Below are positions 51,027 to 60,540 of a DNA stretch of 64,000 bases, one piece after another. The stretch comes from an uncultured Sangeribacter sp. (GTDB lineage: Bacteria; Bacteroidota; Bacteroidia; Bacteroidales; Muribaculaceae). The translations under genes and the position numbers were made by a program. The notes beneath the pieces were generated by a model. The model was not told the DNA's origin and searched no databases. It was given only the letters and a program-made list of their open reading frames with translations. Numbering within the stretch: the first letter of the stretch is position 1; the number at the start of each line of letters is the position of its first letter. The stretch lies in contig CAYNUE010000001.1 in NCBI GenBank assembly GCA_964400325.1, forward strand, positions 49,867-113,866. The letters are read 5' to 3'.

Positions 51027-52574
51027 ATGCAGCAACTACAAATAGGTATGACCCTTCAGGGCGGCAAATACGTAATAGAACGCGTACTCGGACAGGGAGG
51101 ATTTGGCATTACATATCTTGCTAAACATTCCTTCTTGGAGAAACAGGTAGCAATTAAGGAATTCTTTCCGAAGGATTTCTGCGAAAGAAATGGTAATACA
51201 AGTTATATTACACTTGGCAATGCCAACACTTCAGCACTTGTCGCTAAACTTAAGGATAAATTCCTTAAAGAGGCAAAAAATATCTCTAAACTAACCCATC
51301 CAAACATTGTGGCTATTCATGATATCTTTGAAGAGAATGGCACAGCTTACTATCTCATGGATTTTATTAATGGTGTTTCTCTCAATGATAAAATTAAGAT
51401 GGATGGTGCATTGTCAGAGTCGGAAGCCGTGCGATATATAATGGCTGTGGGTTCAGCTATTTCGTATATGCATTCCAAGTCGATGAATCATCTTGATATT
51501 AAACCAGCTAACATTATGCTGCGGAGCGATAATGTTCCTGTTCTCATTGATTTCGGTTTGTCTAAACAATATGATAATTCGGGTGAACAGACTTCCACAA
51601 CACCTGTCGGTATCAGTCATGGATTTGCTCCCGTTGAGCAATATCGTCCTGGAGGAGTTTCATCTTTTACTCCTCAAACTGATGTATATTCATTAGGAGC
51701 GACTTTATATGCTTTATTGACTGGTATAACTCCACCTCATTATAGTGATATTCTCGAAGATGGATTACCTGAATTACCATCTTCGATTTCTCAAAAAACT
51801 GCAAATGCAGTAAAAAGAGCTATGGAGATAAAGAAACTCAAAAGGCCATCAAGCATATCTGAATTTTTAGACATGCTTCAGAATAGTGAAGAGAAGACAT
51901 CTCCATCCAGTATTGAACATTATGAGAGTAAAAAGGCAGACGAGAAGCATGCGGAATATGAAGTTCAATTGAAAGAATCAGTTCTTGAAAAGCCAATAGT
52001 AAAGCTTTCTGAATCTGTGGTTAAGATTAAACGTACCGAACCCATAGAGGAGACTGTCATCTTAAATGTTCCAATTTCGCCAAAATTTCCAACCAAGCAC
52101 TCTTCCCCACTTCAATCTAATGAAATAATAAAACCTGACTCTATAAATCAAGACATGGAATATCTTGATTTAGGTCTAAGTGTAAAATGGGCAACCAGAT
52201 TGAGTGGCAAAGCTGTACCATTACTTAATAATGAGAAGGAAGTATATTCATTTGAATTAGATAGTGGTGAGATTGTTTCTCCCTCTAAGTTTCTTGCCAT
52301 GGGAAATGTTCTTCCGACGATAAAACATTTTGAGGAGCTGCTTGAACGTTGCTCATGGACTACGTTCAATCAAGATGGTCTTAATGGATATAAGATAACT
52401 GGCCCTAATGGTAATATTTTGATGATGCCATTAGGGGTTCTCAATCGCTATCTTTCGGCAGAGAGTCTTATGCCAAACCGTCTATACTATTATTTTCTAT
52501 ATCTTGGGGAATATACCCATACTCTTGCAAAAGGAGTACCTACAGAGGCAAACGTCTGGACAATAAAAGAATAA
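51027..52574 (+). CDS. Hanks Ser/Thr kinase K2 with divergent LDLGLSVKWA domain
   Basis: Same kinase motifs as K1; LDLGLSVKWAT...PTIKHFEELLERCSW...GPNGNILMMP. Confidence 0.9.
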   Translation: MQQLQIGMTLQGGKYVIERVLGQGGFGITYLAKHSFLEKQVAIKEFFPKDFCERNGNTSYITLGNANTSALVAKLKDKFLKEAKNISKLTHPNIVAIHDIFEENGTAYYLMDFINGVSLNDKIKMDGALSESEAVRYIMAVGSAISYMHSKSMNHLDIKPANIMLRSDNVPVLIDFGLSKQYDNSGEQTSTTPVGISHGFAPVEQYRPGGVSSFTPQTDVYSLGATLYALLTGITPPHYSDILEDGLPELPSSISQKTANAVKRAMEIKKLKRPSSISEFLDMLQNSEEKTSPSSIEHYESKKADEKHAEYEVQLKESVLEKPIVKLSESVVKIKRTEPIEETVILNVPISPKFPTKHSSPLQSNEIIKPDSINQDMEYLDLGLSVKWATRLSGKAVPLLNNEKEVYSFELDSGEIVSPSKFLAMGNVLPTIKHFEELLERCSWTTFNQDGLNGYKITGPNGNILMMPLGVLNRYLSAESLMPNRLYYYFLYLGEYTHTLAKGVPTEANVWTIKE

Positions 52575-52757
52575 TTTAATTTTTTATTAAATTATCAGTA
52601 TGTGATAATTGGTGTTCTATTAAATTATATTTCATAATATGATTAAAATAATTTTGTAATCATATAACTTTAAAGAATGAGGATAATATTTCGTCAATCA
52701 AACCCGACAATTTATCCAACAAGTATCCAAATATTTGACCTTGAGGTTAACTCATTA

Positions 52758-52765
52758 TAAATTTG
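52758..52765 (+). promoter_or_regulatory. -7 promoter element for the second half of the kinase cluster
   Basis: TAAATTTG 23 nt before ATG 52789. Confidence 0.45.
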
Positions 52766-52788
52766 TATCAAAATAAACTAATATAGCT

Positions 52789-53691
52789 ATGAACGACGAA
52801 ACTACTCGTATACTCACTGATGAACAGGTTTCAGGCACTCAACCCCAAGTACAGAATCCAACATCTGTTGTGGAATCACAACCTACAAAATCAAAAAAGA
52901 AAGGTGCTGCTATTGCAGCGGCTGCCGGAGGCTTTGTTGCTGGTGCCGCTGTTGGTGGTACTGCCATGGCCTCTAATCAACCTCAGGTTGAAGAAGTGGA
53001 GGCGATAGTTGAGGAGCAAGTTGAGACTCCTGAACCTGAGCAGGTCATTCTTGCCAATGATGAAGGTATCCGATATGCACACGTTGATGCAGACAATTTT
53101 AACGATGCTTTTGCACAAGCTCGTGAACAGGTCGGGGCTGGAGGTGTGTTTGAGTATAACGGTAAACTTTACGGCACATATACAGCCGCAGAATGGAACA
53201 GTATGTCAGCTCAAGAACGTGCTGACTATCAAAATCGTGTAAATGAAGTTGCTCCTTCCCATCATACAGAAGTTGCTCATACCCATGTAGCTGAAACAGC
53301 AGTTAACACACATGAAGTAACTCCTGAAGTGGTTCCTACTAATACCGAAATGATTGCGGAAGAACCCGTAGATAATGAAATCCGTGTGCTTGGCGTTGAG
53401 GCTGTACAGAATGATGAGGGGAATATTATGAATGTTGCACTTGTTGAGTGCGAAGGTGACCATGCACTGTTGGTTGATGTTGATAATGACGGCACCATTG
53501 ACGTGTTACTTCACGACGACAATTATGATGGTCAGTTACAGGAAACTGAAGTGCATGACATATCGGGCGCAGGTCTCGAAGTAGCCGATCTCATACAGGC
53601 ACAAGCTGCACAGGAGGGAGATATGCTATATACAGCTACTGACGATATGCCTGACTATGTTAATGACGCTGACTCTTTAATGTTTGTTTGA
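52789..53691 (+). CDS. Acidic hypothetical protein with Gly/Ala membrane segment and DxDxDG Ca-binding motif
   Basis: KKKGAAIAAAAGGFVAGAAVGG; FNDAFAQAREQVGAGGVFEYNGKLYGTY; DVDNDGTID. Confidence 0.7.
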   Translation: MNDETTRILTDEQVSGTQPQVQNPTSVVESQPTKSKKKGAAIAAAAGGFVAGAAVGGTAMASNQPQVEEVEAIVEEQVETPEPEQVILANDEGIRYAHVDADNFNDAFAQAREQVGAGGVFEYNGKLYGTYTAAEWNSMSAQERADYQNRVNEVAPSHHTEVAHTHVAETAVNTHEVTPEVVPTNTEMIAEEPVDNEIRVLGVEAVQNDEGNIMNVALVECEGDHALLVDVDNDGTIDVLLHDDNYDGQLQETEVHDISGAGLEVADLIQAQAAQEGDMLYTATDDMPDYVNDADSLMFV

Positions 53692-54236
53692 TGGGAAAGA
53701 TATTCATTGTCTGTCCTGAGTGTCGCCAGCAATTGTCGTTCAACGAGGTTCCTGGTTACCAGAATATGGTGGTTGAGTGCCCTAAGTGTCACTTCAAAGC
53801 AAATGCCAGCGTCTATCAGAGTGGTACACAAGCCCGTGGTGCACAGGGAGCTGACGATATGCAGACACAATTGGTGCTCCCACCAAGTTCAACATTTGAT
53901 GTAGGACAAATTCGAGTTAAGTCTACCAACGAAGTACAATGGCTTAAGCCTGGCTGTAACGTTATTGGGCGTCGTGCACAAACAGGTACAGCCGATATTA
54001 AAATTAGCACTGATATGTATATGAGCCGTCGCCATGTACAAATTGATGTGGTGAAAAAGGCTATTGGTTATGAGCATCGCCTTGTAGAGCTAAACTCTAA
54101 GAATATTGTAAAACTTAACGGAAAGCCAATTAATCGAGGTGATATTCTTGTTCTCAAATTTGGTGACGTCTTGACCTTGGGTACAACAGATATTATCTTG
54201 GAGTCCACCGATGAGGAATCGACGCGTTTAGCTTAA
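53688..54236 (+). CDS. Zn-ribbon plus FHA domain protein
   Basis: CPEC...CPKC; NVIGR, MSRRH, SKN, L.FGD.L.LG.T. Confidence 0.85.
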   Translation: MMGKIFIVCPECRQQLSFNEVPGYQNMVVECPKCHFKANASVYQSGTQARGAQGADDMQTQLVLPPSSTFDVGQIRVKSTNEVQWLKPGCNVIGRRAQTGTADIKISTDMYMSRRHVQIDVVKKAIGYEHRLVELNSKNIVKLNGKPINRGDILVLKFGDVLTLGTTDIILESTDEESTRLA

Positions 54237-54250
54237 CTAATTCAGAAAAA

Positions 54251-55261
54251 ATGATTACAATAAGAAAACCGTTGTTTTTTTCCGAAATAGGCAGAAAAGA
54301 TAATCAGGAAGATTACCTTTTCCCCTCCAATGTGGACTCTCGGACTCGCATTTTTATTATGTGTGATGGTATGGGAGGGCATGATAATGGTGAAGTAGCA
54401 AGTAGGACCGCCGCGGAAGCCCTCGGAACCTTCCTTACATCATGCTCGAAAGTTGATATTCCCACTTTTGAGATGGGCTTATCCAAAGCCTATGATGCAC
54501 TTGATAATATCGATACCAACTCAGATAAAAAGCCAGGGACAACTATGACCTGCTTATGTCTCAATGATGATAATTATCTAGTTGCTCATATCGGTGATAG
54601 CCGTATATATCACATTCGGCCGTCTTTATATAATGCTAAGACAAAACGTGGTGGTATCCTTTATCAATCCTCTGACCACAGTTTGGTTAACGACTTGCTG
54701 AAGGCGGGGGAATTAACAGAAGAAGAAGCACGTGATTTTCCACATAAAAATATCATAACACGTGCGATGCAACCCCATTTGTCTAAACGATATAAGGCTG
54801 ACGTATATATATTTGATGATATTCAAGGAGGAGATTACTTCTTTATGTGTTCTGATGGAATTTTGGAACAGCTTTCGAATGAGGCTCTTTGTGAAATATT
54901 ATCCTCAGAAAAAACAAATGATGAACAAAAGCTTGCAAAAATTAAGTCAATTTGTGATAATAAAACTAAGGATAATTATACATGCTGGTTAATCCCGATT
55001 GACAAAGTATACATAAAAGAATCCATTCCTAATACTACTCAAATAATACAAGCGATAGATGAAGAGAATAATCAAAACGTAGAACCGAAGGAATCAGATG
55101 TCTCATATAGTGGGATAGTAAAGAGGTTAAACGATATGAAAAGTACATCGTTTACTCTACCTTCTTTCTCTTCCAAAATAAAGCTAATATATTGGTTAGT
55201 GGCTGGGATTATCTTTCTCATAGGATTATGGTTTCTTCTTAAATTCATTCATTTATTATAA
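54251..55261 (+). CDS. PP2C/PPM Ser/Thr phosphatase with C-terminal TM
   Basis: GRKDNQED, CDGMGG, GTT, HIGDSR, DHS, NIITRA, CSDG, DN; hydrophobic C-terminus. Confidence 0.92.
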   Translation: MITIRKPLFFSEIGRKDNQEDYLFPSNVDSRTRIFIMCDGMGGHDNGEVASRTAAEALGTFLTSCSKVDIPTFEMGLSKAYDALDNIDTNSDKKPGTTMTCLCLNDDNYLVAHIGDSRIYHIRPSLYNAKTKRGGILYQSSDHSLVNDLLKAGELTEEEARDFPHKNIITRAMQPHLSKRYKADVYIFDDIQGGDYFFMCSDGILEQLSNEALCEILSSEKTNDEQKLAKIKSICDNKTKDNYTCWLIPIDKVYIKESIPNTTQIIQAIDEENNQNVEPKESDVSYSGIVKRLNDMKSTSFTLPSFSSKIKLIYWLVAGIIFLIGLWFLLKFIHLL

Positions 55262-55263
55262 AG

Positions 55264-57042
55264 ATGAGTCAAATAAGCAATAATGGGTTAAAAGCTGGTA
55301 CATTACTTCGCCATGGCACGTATCGTATTGAACGAATACTTGGTCAAGGCGGTTTTGGCATCACATATCTTGCCACCGATTTGTCGCTCGATAGGTATGT
55401 AGCTATCAAAGAATTTTTTCCAAAAGACTATTGTAATCGCGATGAGTCAACTTCTCATATTACAGTAGGTACGACCAGCAATATTGAGTTAGTATTGCGT
55501 CTAAAAACTAAATTCCTCAAGGAAGCCCGTAATATAGCGAAATTTGATCATACTGGAATTATCAGGATACACACGGCATTTGAAGAAAATGATACGGCAT
55601 ATTATGTGATGGATTTCATTGAAGGGAACAATCTCAACGAAATAGTAAAGACTTCGGGCCCCTTGTCTGAATCAAAGGCTGTCGATTATATAAATCAAAT
55701 TGGAGATGCACTTGATTATATCCATAGGCATAAGGTTAACCATTTGGACATCAAGCCTGCAAATATAATGATTCGTCATTCTGACAATCATGCTATTCTA
55801 ATTGACTTTGGATTGTCAAAGCAGTATGATAAGGAAGGGAATCAGACTTCAACCACTCCCACAGGTATCAGTCATGGATATGCCGCTTTGGAGCAATATA
55901 AACTTGGAGGTGTGAGTGAATTCTCTCCTCAAACTGATATTTACTCTTTAGGAGCGACACTTTTGTTTTTAATATCTGGAAAGACTCCTCCTACTCCATC
56001 TGAAATTATAGAAGACGGTTTTAATCTACCTTCTACTATTGAGCCTCATATCTCTAAGTTCATTACTAAATGTATGAATGTTTCAAGATCGAAAAGAATT
56101 AGTTCGATTTCGGATGCAATAAAATTATTACCTCTGACTACTGAAAACAGTTCTCATACATCCAAAGTCACGCCATCGTTAAATCAGATTGAAGATAAAA
56201 GACTCTATGAAATAGAGGCTGCTTCTCATAAAGCAGTAACTGATGAACAGATTTCGCAATTCAATAAGGAGCGAACAGTACTCCTTTCTAAAATTAGCGA
56301 CCATGAGAAAACAACTTCCTCATTAAAGGAGGAAATTTCCAAAACTGAAAATAAATGTGAGGAGTTAAGAACGAGTTTAGAGGAACTTAACAAAAGGAAT
56401 CAAAATATTGAAGCTACATGTAAATCATTGCAACAAACTATAAATAAGAAAGAAGAGCAGAATTCTTCTCTCAAATCAGCAAGAAATATCTTCTCTGGAC
56501 TGTTTATCATTACTCTCATTGGGCTAATATGTAGTGTATCAACTTGGATTGGGAATCGTAACGAACTTTTGGTGGCACAAGAGTCGGTTTCCAATCTCAA
56601 TAAAAGTATTGCTTCCCTGAACAGTCAATTAGCATCTAAAGAAAATGAGATAAAATCACAGAAGAATCTTATAAGTACGATTGCAGGTTCTCAAGCGGTA
56701 TTTGTAGAATCAATGGAAGTTAGAAACGAAGGAGAGAGCTATGGGGCTCAAATTAATAGTAAAACTTCTACTTTCATTAATCCGCGAATCAAAGTAATTA
56801 ATTTGTCCGACTCTTATAAGACGTTAGGAATTAAATTTTACTCACCTTATGGATTAGAAACTGGAGACATTTCAAAAAATGGATTTAGTTATATCGAGCT
56901 ACTTCGAGGTAATTATTCAGGATGGTTCGAAATAAGGGGATGGGGTAATAAGGAAAAAGGAACTTGGTTACCTGGTAACTATAGAATTGAAATATGGTCC
57001 GAAGGAAAATGTATTTTCAAACATCCATTCAAGGTTCATTAG
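55264..57042 (+). CDS. Hanks Ser/Thr kinase K3: kinase, coiled coil, TM, external beta domain
   Basis: Kinase motifs; heptad repeats; TM IFSGLFIITLIGLICSV; GWG....GTW.PGNYRIEIW. Confidence 0.9.
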   Translation: MSQISNNGLKAGTLLRHGTYRIERILGQGGFGITYLATDLSLDRYVAIKEFFPKDYCNRDESTSHITVGTTSNIELVLRLKTKFLKEARNIAKFDHTGIIRIHTAFEENDTAYYVMDFIEGNNLNEIVKTSGPLSESKAVDYINQIGDALDYIHRHKVNHLDIKPANIMIRHSDNHAILIDFGLSKQYDKEGNQTSTTPTGISHGYAALEQYKLGGVSEFSPQTDIYSLGATLLFLISGKTPPTPSEIIEDGFNLPSTIEPHISKFITKCMNVSRSKRISSISDAIKLLPLTTENSSHTSKVTPSLNQIEDKRLYEIEAASHKAVTDEQISQFNKERTVLLSKISDHEKTTSSLKEEISKTENKCEELRTSLEELNKRNQNIEATCKSLQQTINKKEEQNSSLKSARNIFSGLFIITLIGLICSVSTWIGNRNELLVAQESVSNLNKSIASLNSQLASKENEIKSQKNLISTIAGSQAVFVESMEVRNEGESYGAQINSKTSTFINPRIKVINLSDSYKTLGIKFYSPYGLETGDISKNGFSYIELLRGNYSGWFEIRGWGNKEKGTWLPGNYRIEIWSEGKCIFKHPFKVH

Positions 57043-58286
57043 AGAGTGCACGATAAAAACCAGGGCTATGTATACCCAATCTGAAAGAATGATTTCTTAA
57101 AAGATTATTATTTCTAACGATTGAATTCCATAGTATGTTTGCACATAACAATAGTTTAGTAGTAATGAACTGACTAATTGAAAAATAAGTTAATAAATCA
57201 TATATTCAGATATGAATGAATCACCAAAGTGTTATTTATCAACTAAATAAAAACTATGAACGTATTGGCGATTCTCAAAGGCTTCACCCTCCGGTGCAAG
57301 TCAGTATTTGAAATACTACAACCAAGATGGGCAAAAGGTTTGTCAACTGGCTGACTTTAACAATACGCACTGTAGCATTGATTCCTGGCAAAGTTAATTT
57401 TTTCCGGCTGTCCTGCTATGTGGTCACACGACCAAGACCTTTGACATCAACTTCAGCCGCCACGTTGACTGACTGAAGATAAACCAAGGCATCGCACGTG
57501 AGGCGTTTCATCGTACAGATGAAATGTCCATTGCCATAGACCTCTCATATACCTCCAAAGTCCACAAGCTCACGTATAGAATGGGCAAATTCTGGTCGGA
57601 GGTTGCCCAGGGTATCAGATGTGTTCTCGAGATAATAGCTATCGAGGCCATCAGCCTAAGCCAACCTTGCTGTGTGATGCTGGTGGCTGTACAGACACTA
57701 AGCACCGATTTGCGCAGGAAGACTGATGCTACATCGATGATTGAGTGGGATATGTCTCTGATAAAGGAAAGACGAACTGCTGGCTTTCTCCATGACCATA
57801 GTCGCTTCTGCATTCTTCTCGGCCTTTGACTTCGTGGATGGGATAGCTGCGCTGGGCTTTAGTTTTGTAGGATGGTTGAAGGATACTGCATACTTCCCCT
57901 ACCGACCTCTCGATGAGTACCCATAGAATCATTGGATTCTACAGGATAAGGTTTCAGATTGAGTTCGGCATGCGCGATGCAAAGCAATTCACTGGCCTGC
58001 AGTCCCAACAGACAATTCACTGGCCTGCAGTCCCAACAGACAAGGAACAGGCAATGGTTCGATTTTGCCTTTAATCTCTCATTTACCACCCTCAACATCT
58101 GCAAGGCCGTCGTAAGGTAGGATTATCCCAACCTTACTGTGGCACAGTTCAAGGAACTGATGTTTGAGTCTTATCTCGCCTCCACAATTATTTCGACTTA
58201 CGGAAAATCTCCGTATCTCAAAATAATTTAAAAGATAAATCACACACTGACTCACATCGCGGCTTAGTCACGATGAAGTCTCTCTA
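57040..58286 (+). mobile_element. Degenerate IS4-superfamily (DDE) insertion sequence remnant
   Basis: Fragments IPGKVNF, IAIDLSYTSK...GKFWS...LEI and YRIRFQIEFGMRDAKQFTGL (YREK-type signature) lie in broken frames; ends TAGAGAG...CTCTCTA. Confidence 0.8.
57985..58040 (+). repeat. 28-bp tandem duplication frameshifting the transposase
   Basis: CAATTCACTGGCCTGCAGTCCCAACAGA x2. Confidence 0.9.
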
Positions 58287-58309
58287 AATTTACTGAACCA
58301 TTGATAAAG

Positions 58310-59419
58310 ATGAGTCAAATAAGCAATAATGGGTTAAAGTCAGGTGCATTACTTCGTCACGGCACGTATCGTATTGAACGAATCCTCGGTCAAGGCGGTT
58401 TTGGCATCACATATCTTGCCACCGATTTGTCGCTCGATAGGTATGTAGCTATCAAAGAGTTTTTTCCAAAAGACTATTGTAATCGCGATGAGTCGACTTC
58501 CCACATTACAATAGGCACGACCAGCAATATTGAGTTAGTATTGCGTCTAAAAACTAAATTCCTCAAAGAAGCCCGTAATATAGCAAAACTTGACCATGCT
58601 GGGATTATCAGGATACATACGGCATTTGAAGAGAATGACACCGCATATTATGTGATGGATTTCATTGAAGGTAAAAATCTCCATGAAATTGTTAAGTCCT
58701 CTGGTCCGCTATCCGAATTTCAGGCGAATAAGTATATCACTCAAGTGGGCGACGCGCTCGCTTATATCCATAGGCATAACATCAATCATTTGGATATTAA
58801 ACCAGCGAATATACTGATTCGCCAATCCGATGATAGACCTGTTCTAATTGACTTTGGATTGTCAAAACAATATGATAATGAAGGTAATCAAACTTCGACT
58901 ACACCCACAGGAATAAGTCATGGTTATGCGCCACTGGAACAATATAAAGTCGGAGGTGTAAGCAAGTTTTCACCTCAAACTGACCTATATTCTCTTGCGG
59001 CTACTCTATACTACTTAGTATCAGGTAAGATTCCCCCTCATGCTACCGATTTAATTGAAAATGGAATTGCCTTCCCTATTGGCTTTCCATCAAATATTCG
59101 TCCTGCTATCTCCAAAGCTATGTCGTCTGCTCGTAAAAATCGATACAGTGATGTAACAAATTTTTTAAAGGCTATAAATAAAGCAGAAGATAGTGAAAAT
59201 ACTCAAGTGATTAAACCTGAGCTTACTGAGAAGACTAAAACTACAAATATCAATGCATCAAACCAAGACACTCCAAAAGAAGGTGTATCAAAGAGTAATA
59301 ACCAGTTTAAAACCTCTTCTAAGGATGACTCTGAACATGACAAGAAGATATTGATTATAATTGTAGTAACTACTATATCGGTAATATTAGGATTATGCAT
59401 TTACTCAATGGTTTACTAA
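58310..59419 (+). CDS. Hanks Ser/Thr kinase K4 ending in a TM helix
   Basis: Kinase motifs; 5' end near-identical to K3; C-terminal ILIIIVVTTISVILGLCIYSMVY. Confidence 0.88.
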   Translation: MSQISNNGLKSGALLRHGTYRIERILGQGGFGITYLATDLSLDRYVAIKEFFPKDYCNRDESTSHITIGTTSNIELVLRLKTKFLKEARNIAKLDHAGIIRIHTAFEENDTAYYVMDFIEGKNLHEIVKSSGPLSEFQANKYITQVGDALAYIHRHNINHLDIKPANILIRQSDDRPVLIDFGLSKQYDNEGNQTSTTPTGISHGYAPLEQYKVGGVSKFSPQTDLYSLAATLYYLVSGKIPPHATDLIENGIAFPIGFPSNIRPAISKAMSSARKNRYSDVTNFLKAINKAEDSENTQVIKPELTEKTKTTNINASNQDTPKEGVSKSNNQFKTSSKDDSEHDKKILIIIVVTTISVILGLCIYSMVY

Positions 59420-59651
59420 TAGTTTGGTAAAATTAATTAAAAAACTATGTAGACATTATTGTTAAACAGCTAATTCCATAAAGATTTATTCCAACTCACT
59501 ATTTATTTTGATGTTAGGGACTTTGCGTAAGTCGAATTAATTTGGAAAATAGTTGTTATCAGTATTATAATTAAGTGAAACTGTCCGCTGGAGACACCAA
59601 GAATTCCCTTATGAATGACTATTGTAATTAATTCTGTTGGGCTTGCGTTAT

Positions 59652-60293
59652 ATGGGAATGAGGAAGCGAGTGAAACGTATGATGTGGGGTGGTATCGCCT
59701 TGCTATGTGCGATTATTGGCGTAATGGTTGTGTGTGACCAGGTGGTGTCTTACACTGCTAAAAGTAGATTGTATGAGAACGTGGATAGCGTACCATATCG
59801 GAAGGTGGGTCTTGTGCTTGGTACGTCACCGGTGTCTATTTGGAATGGTAGACGTAACTATTATTTCGATGAACGCATAAAAGCGGCAGCTGAGCTATAC
59901 AAATCAGGAAAGGTTGATTGGCTTGTGATGAGCGGTGGCGATTATCGAAATATCGAGAATGGGTATGATGAGCCAGTGGCTATGCGTGATAGCTTGATTA
60001 AACAAGGCGTTGATTCGGCTCGTATTGTGCTTGACTATGATGGTACGAGAACCCTTAACTCGCTGGTTAAGATACGAGATGGGTATCGTCAGGATTCAAT
60101 CGTTGTCATTTCTTAAAAATATCATAATGAGCGAGCTTTGTATCAGGCAAAACATCTTGGTATAGATGCTATTGGCTATAATGCTCATACTCCGAGCGAG
60201 TGTACCTCATGGTGGCGTAATCGTAGCCGAGAGGTGTTGGCACGTGTGAAACTCTTTATAGATATTACCTGTGGAGTTCACCCTGAGATTTAA
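59652..60293 (+). pseudogene. sanA: SanA/ElyC (DUF218) family gene with internal nonsense codon
   Basis: GLVLGT, SGGD, YDEP..M, DYDGTRTLNS; in-frame TAA at 60114 replaces the expected Q of ISQ.YHNERA; the frame continues to REVLARVK and TAA 60293. Confidence 0.85.
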
Positions 60294-60540
60294 GCGGTTA
60301 CGACATAAGAGGACCTCAAAGGTCATGCTTCGTATGGATCTGGAACAGCAGGAGCTATATCAACTTGTCAACGAATGACAACTCGCGATTTGAGTAACGC
60401 ATGACAAAAACAGGCAAAGCTCTTGAAATCATTATAAAATCAACTTGCGAATCTATAGGTACTCCAATGAGAAGAGATAAATATTTTACTTTTATGTGAA
60501 ATATTTATTGTGCCTTTGCGTTATTTAAAAAAGGATAAAT

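Noticed and set aside
52704-52733. LytTR binding repeats (CCGACAA/CCAACAA/TATCCAA) upstream of 52789
   Set aside because: They are short and imperfect, and I could not match them convincingly upstream of the lytTR gene itself; too weak to call without a motif search.
57508-58104. Several short ORFs on both strands treated as genes
   Set aside because: They are fragments or shadows of the broken transposase.
49426-59419. Complete diversity-generating retroelement
   Set aside because: No reverse transcriptase ORF and no adenine-specific TR/VR repeat pair were seen. The K3/K4 repeat covers the kinase N-lobe and its differences are not adenine-restricted.
47507-59419. Type VI secretion regulatory module (PpkA/PppA/Fha)
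   Set aside because: No T6SS structural genes (TssB/C, Hcp, VgrG, ClpV) occur in the window.
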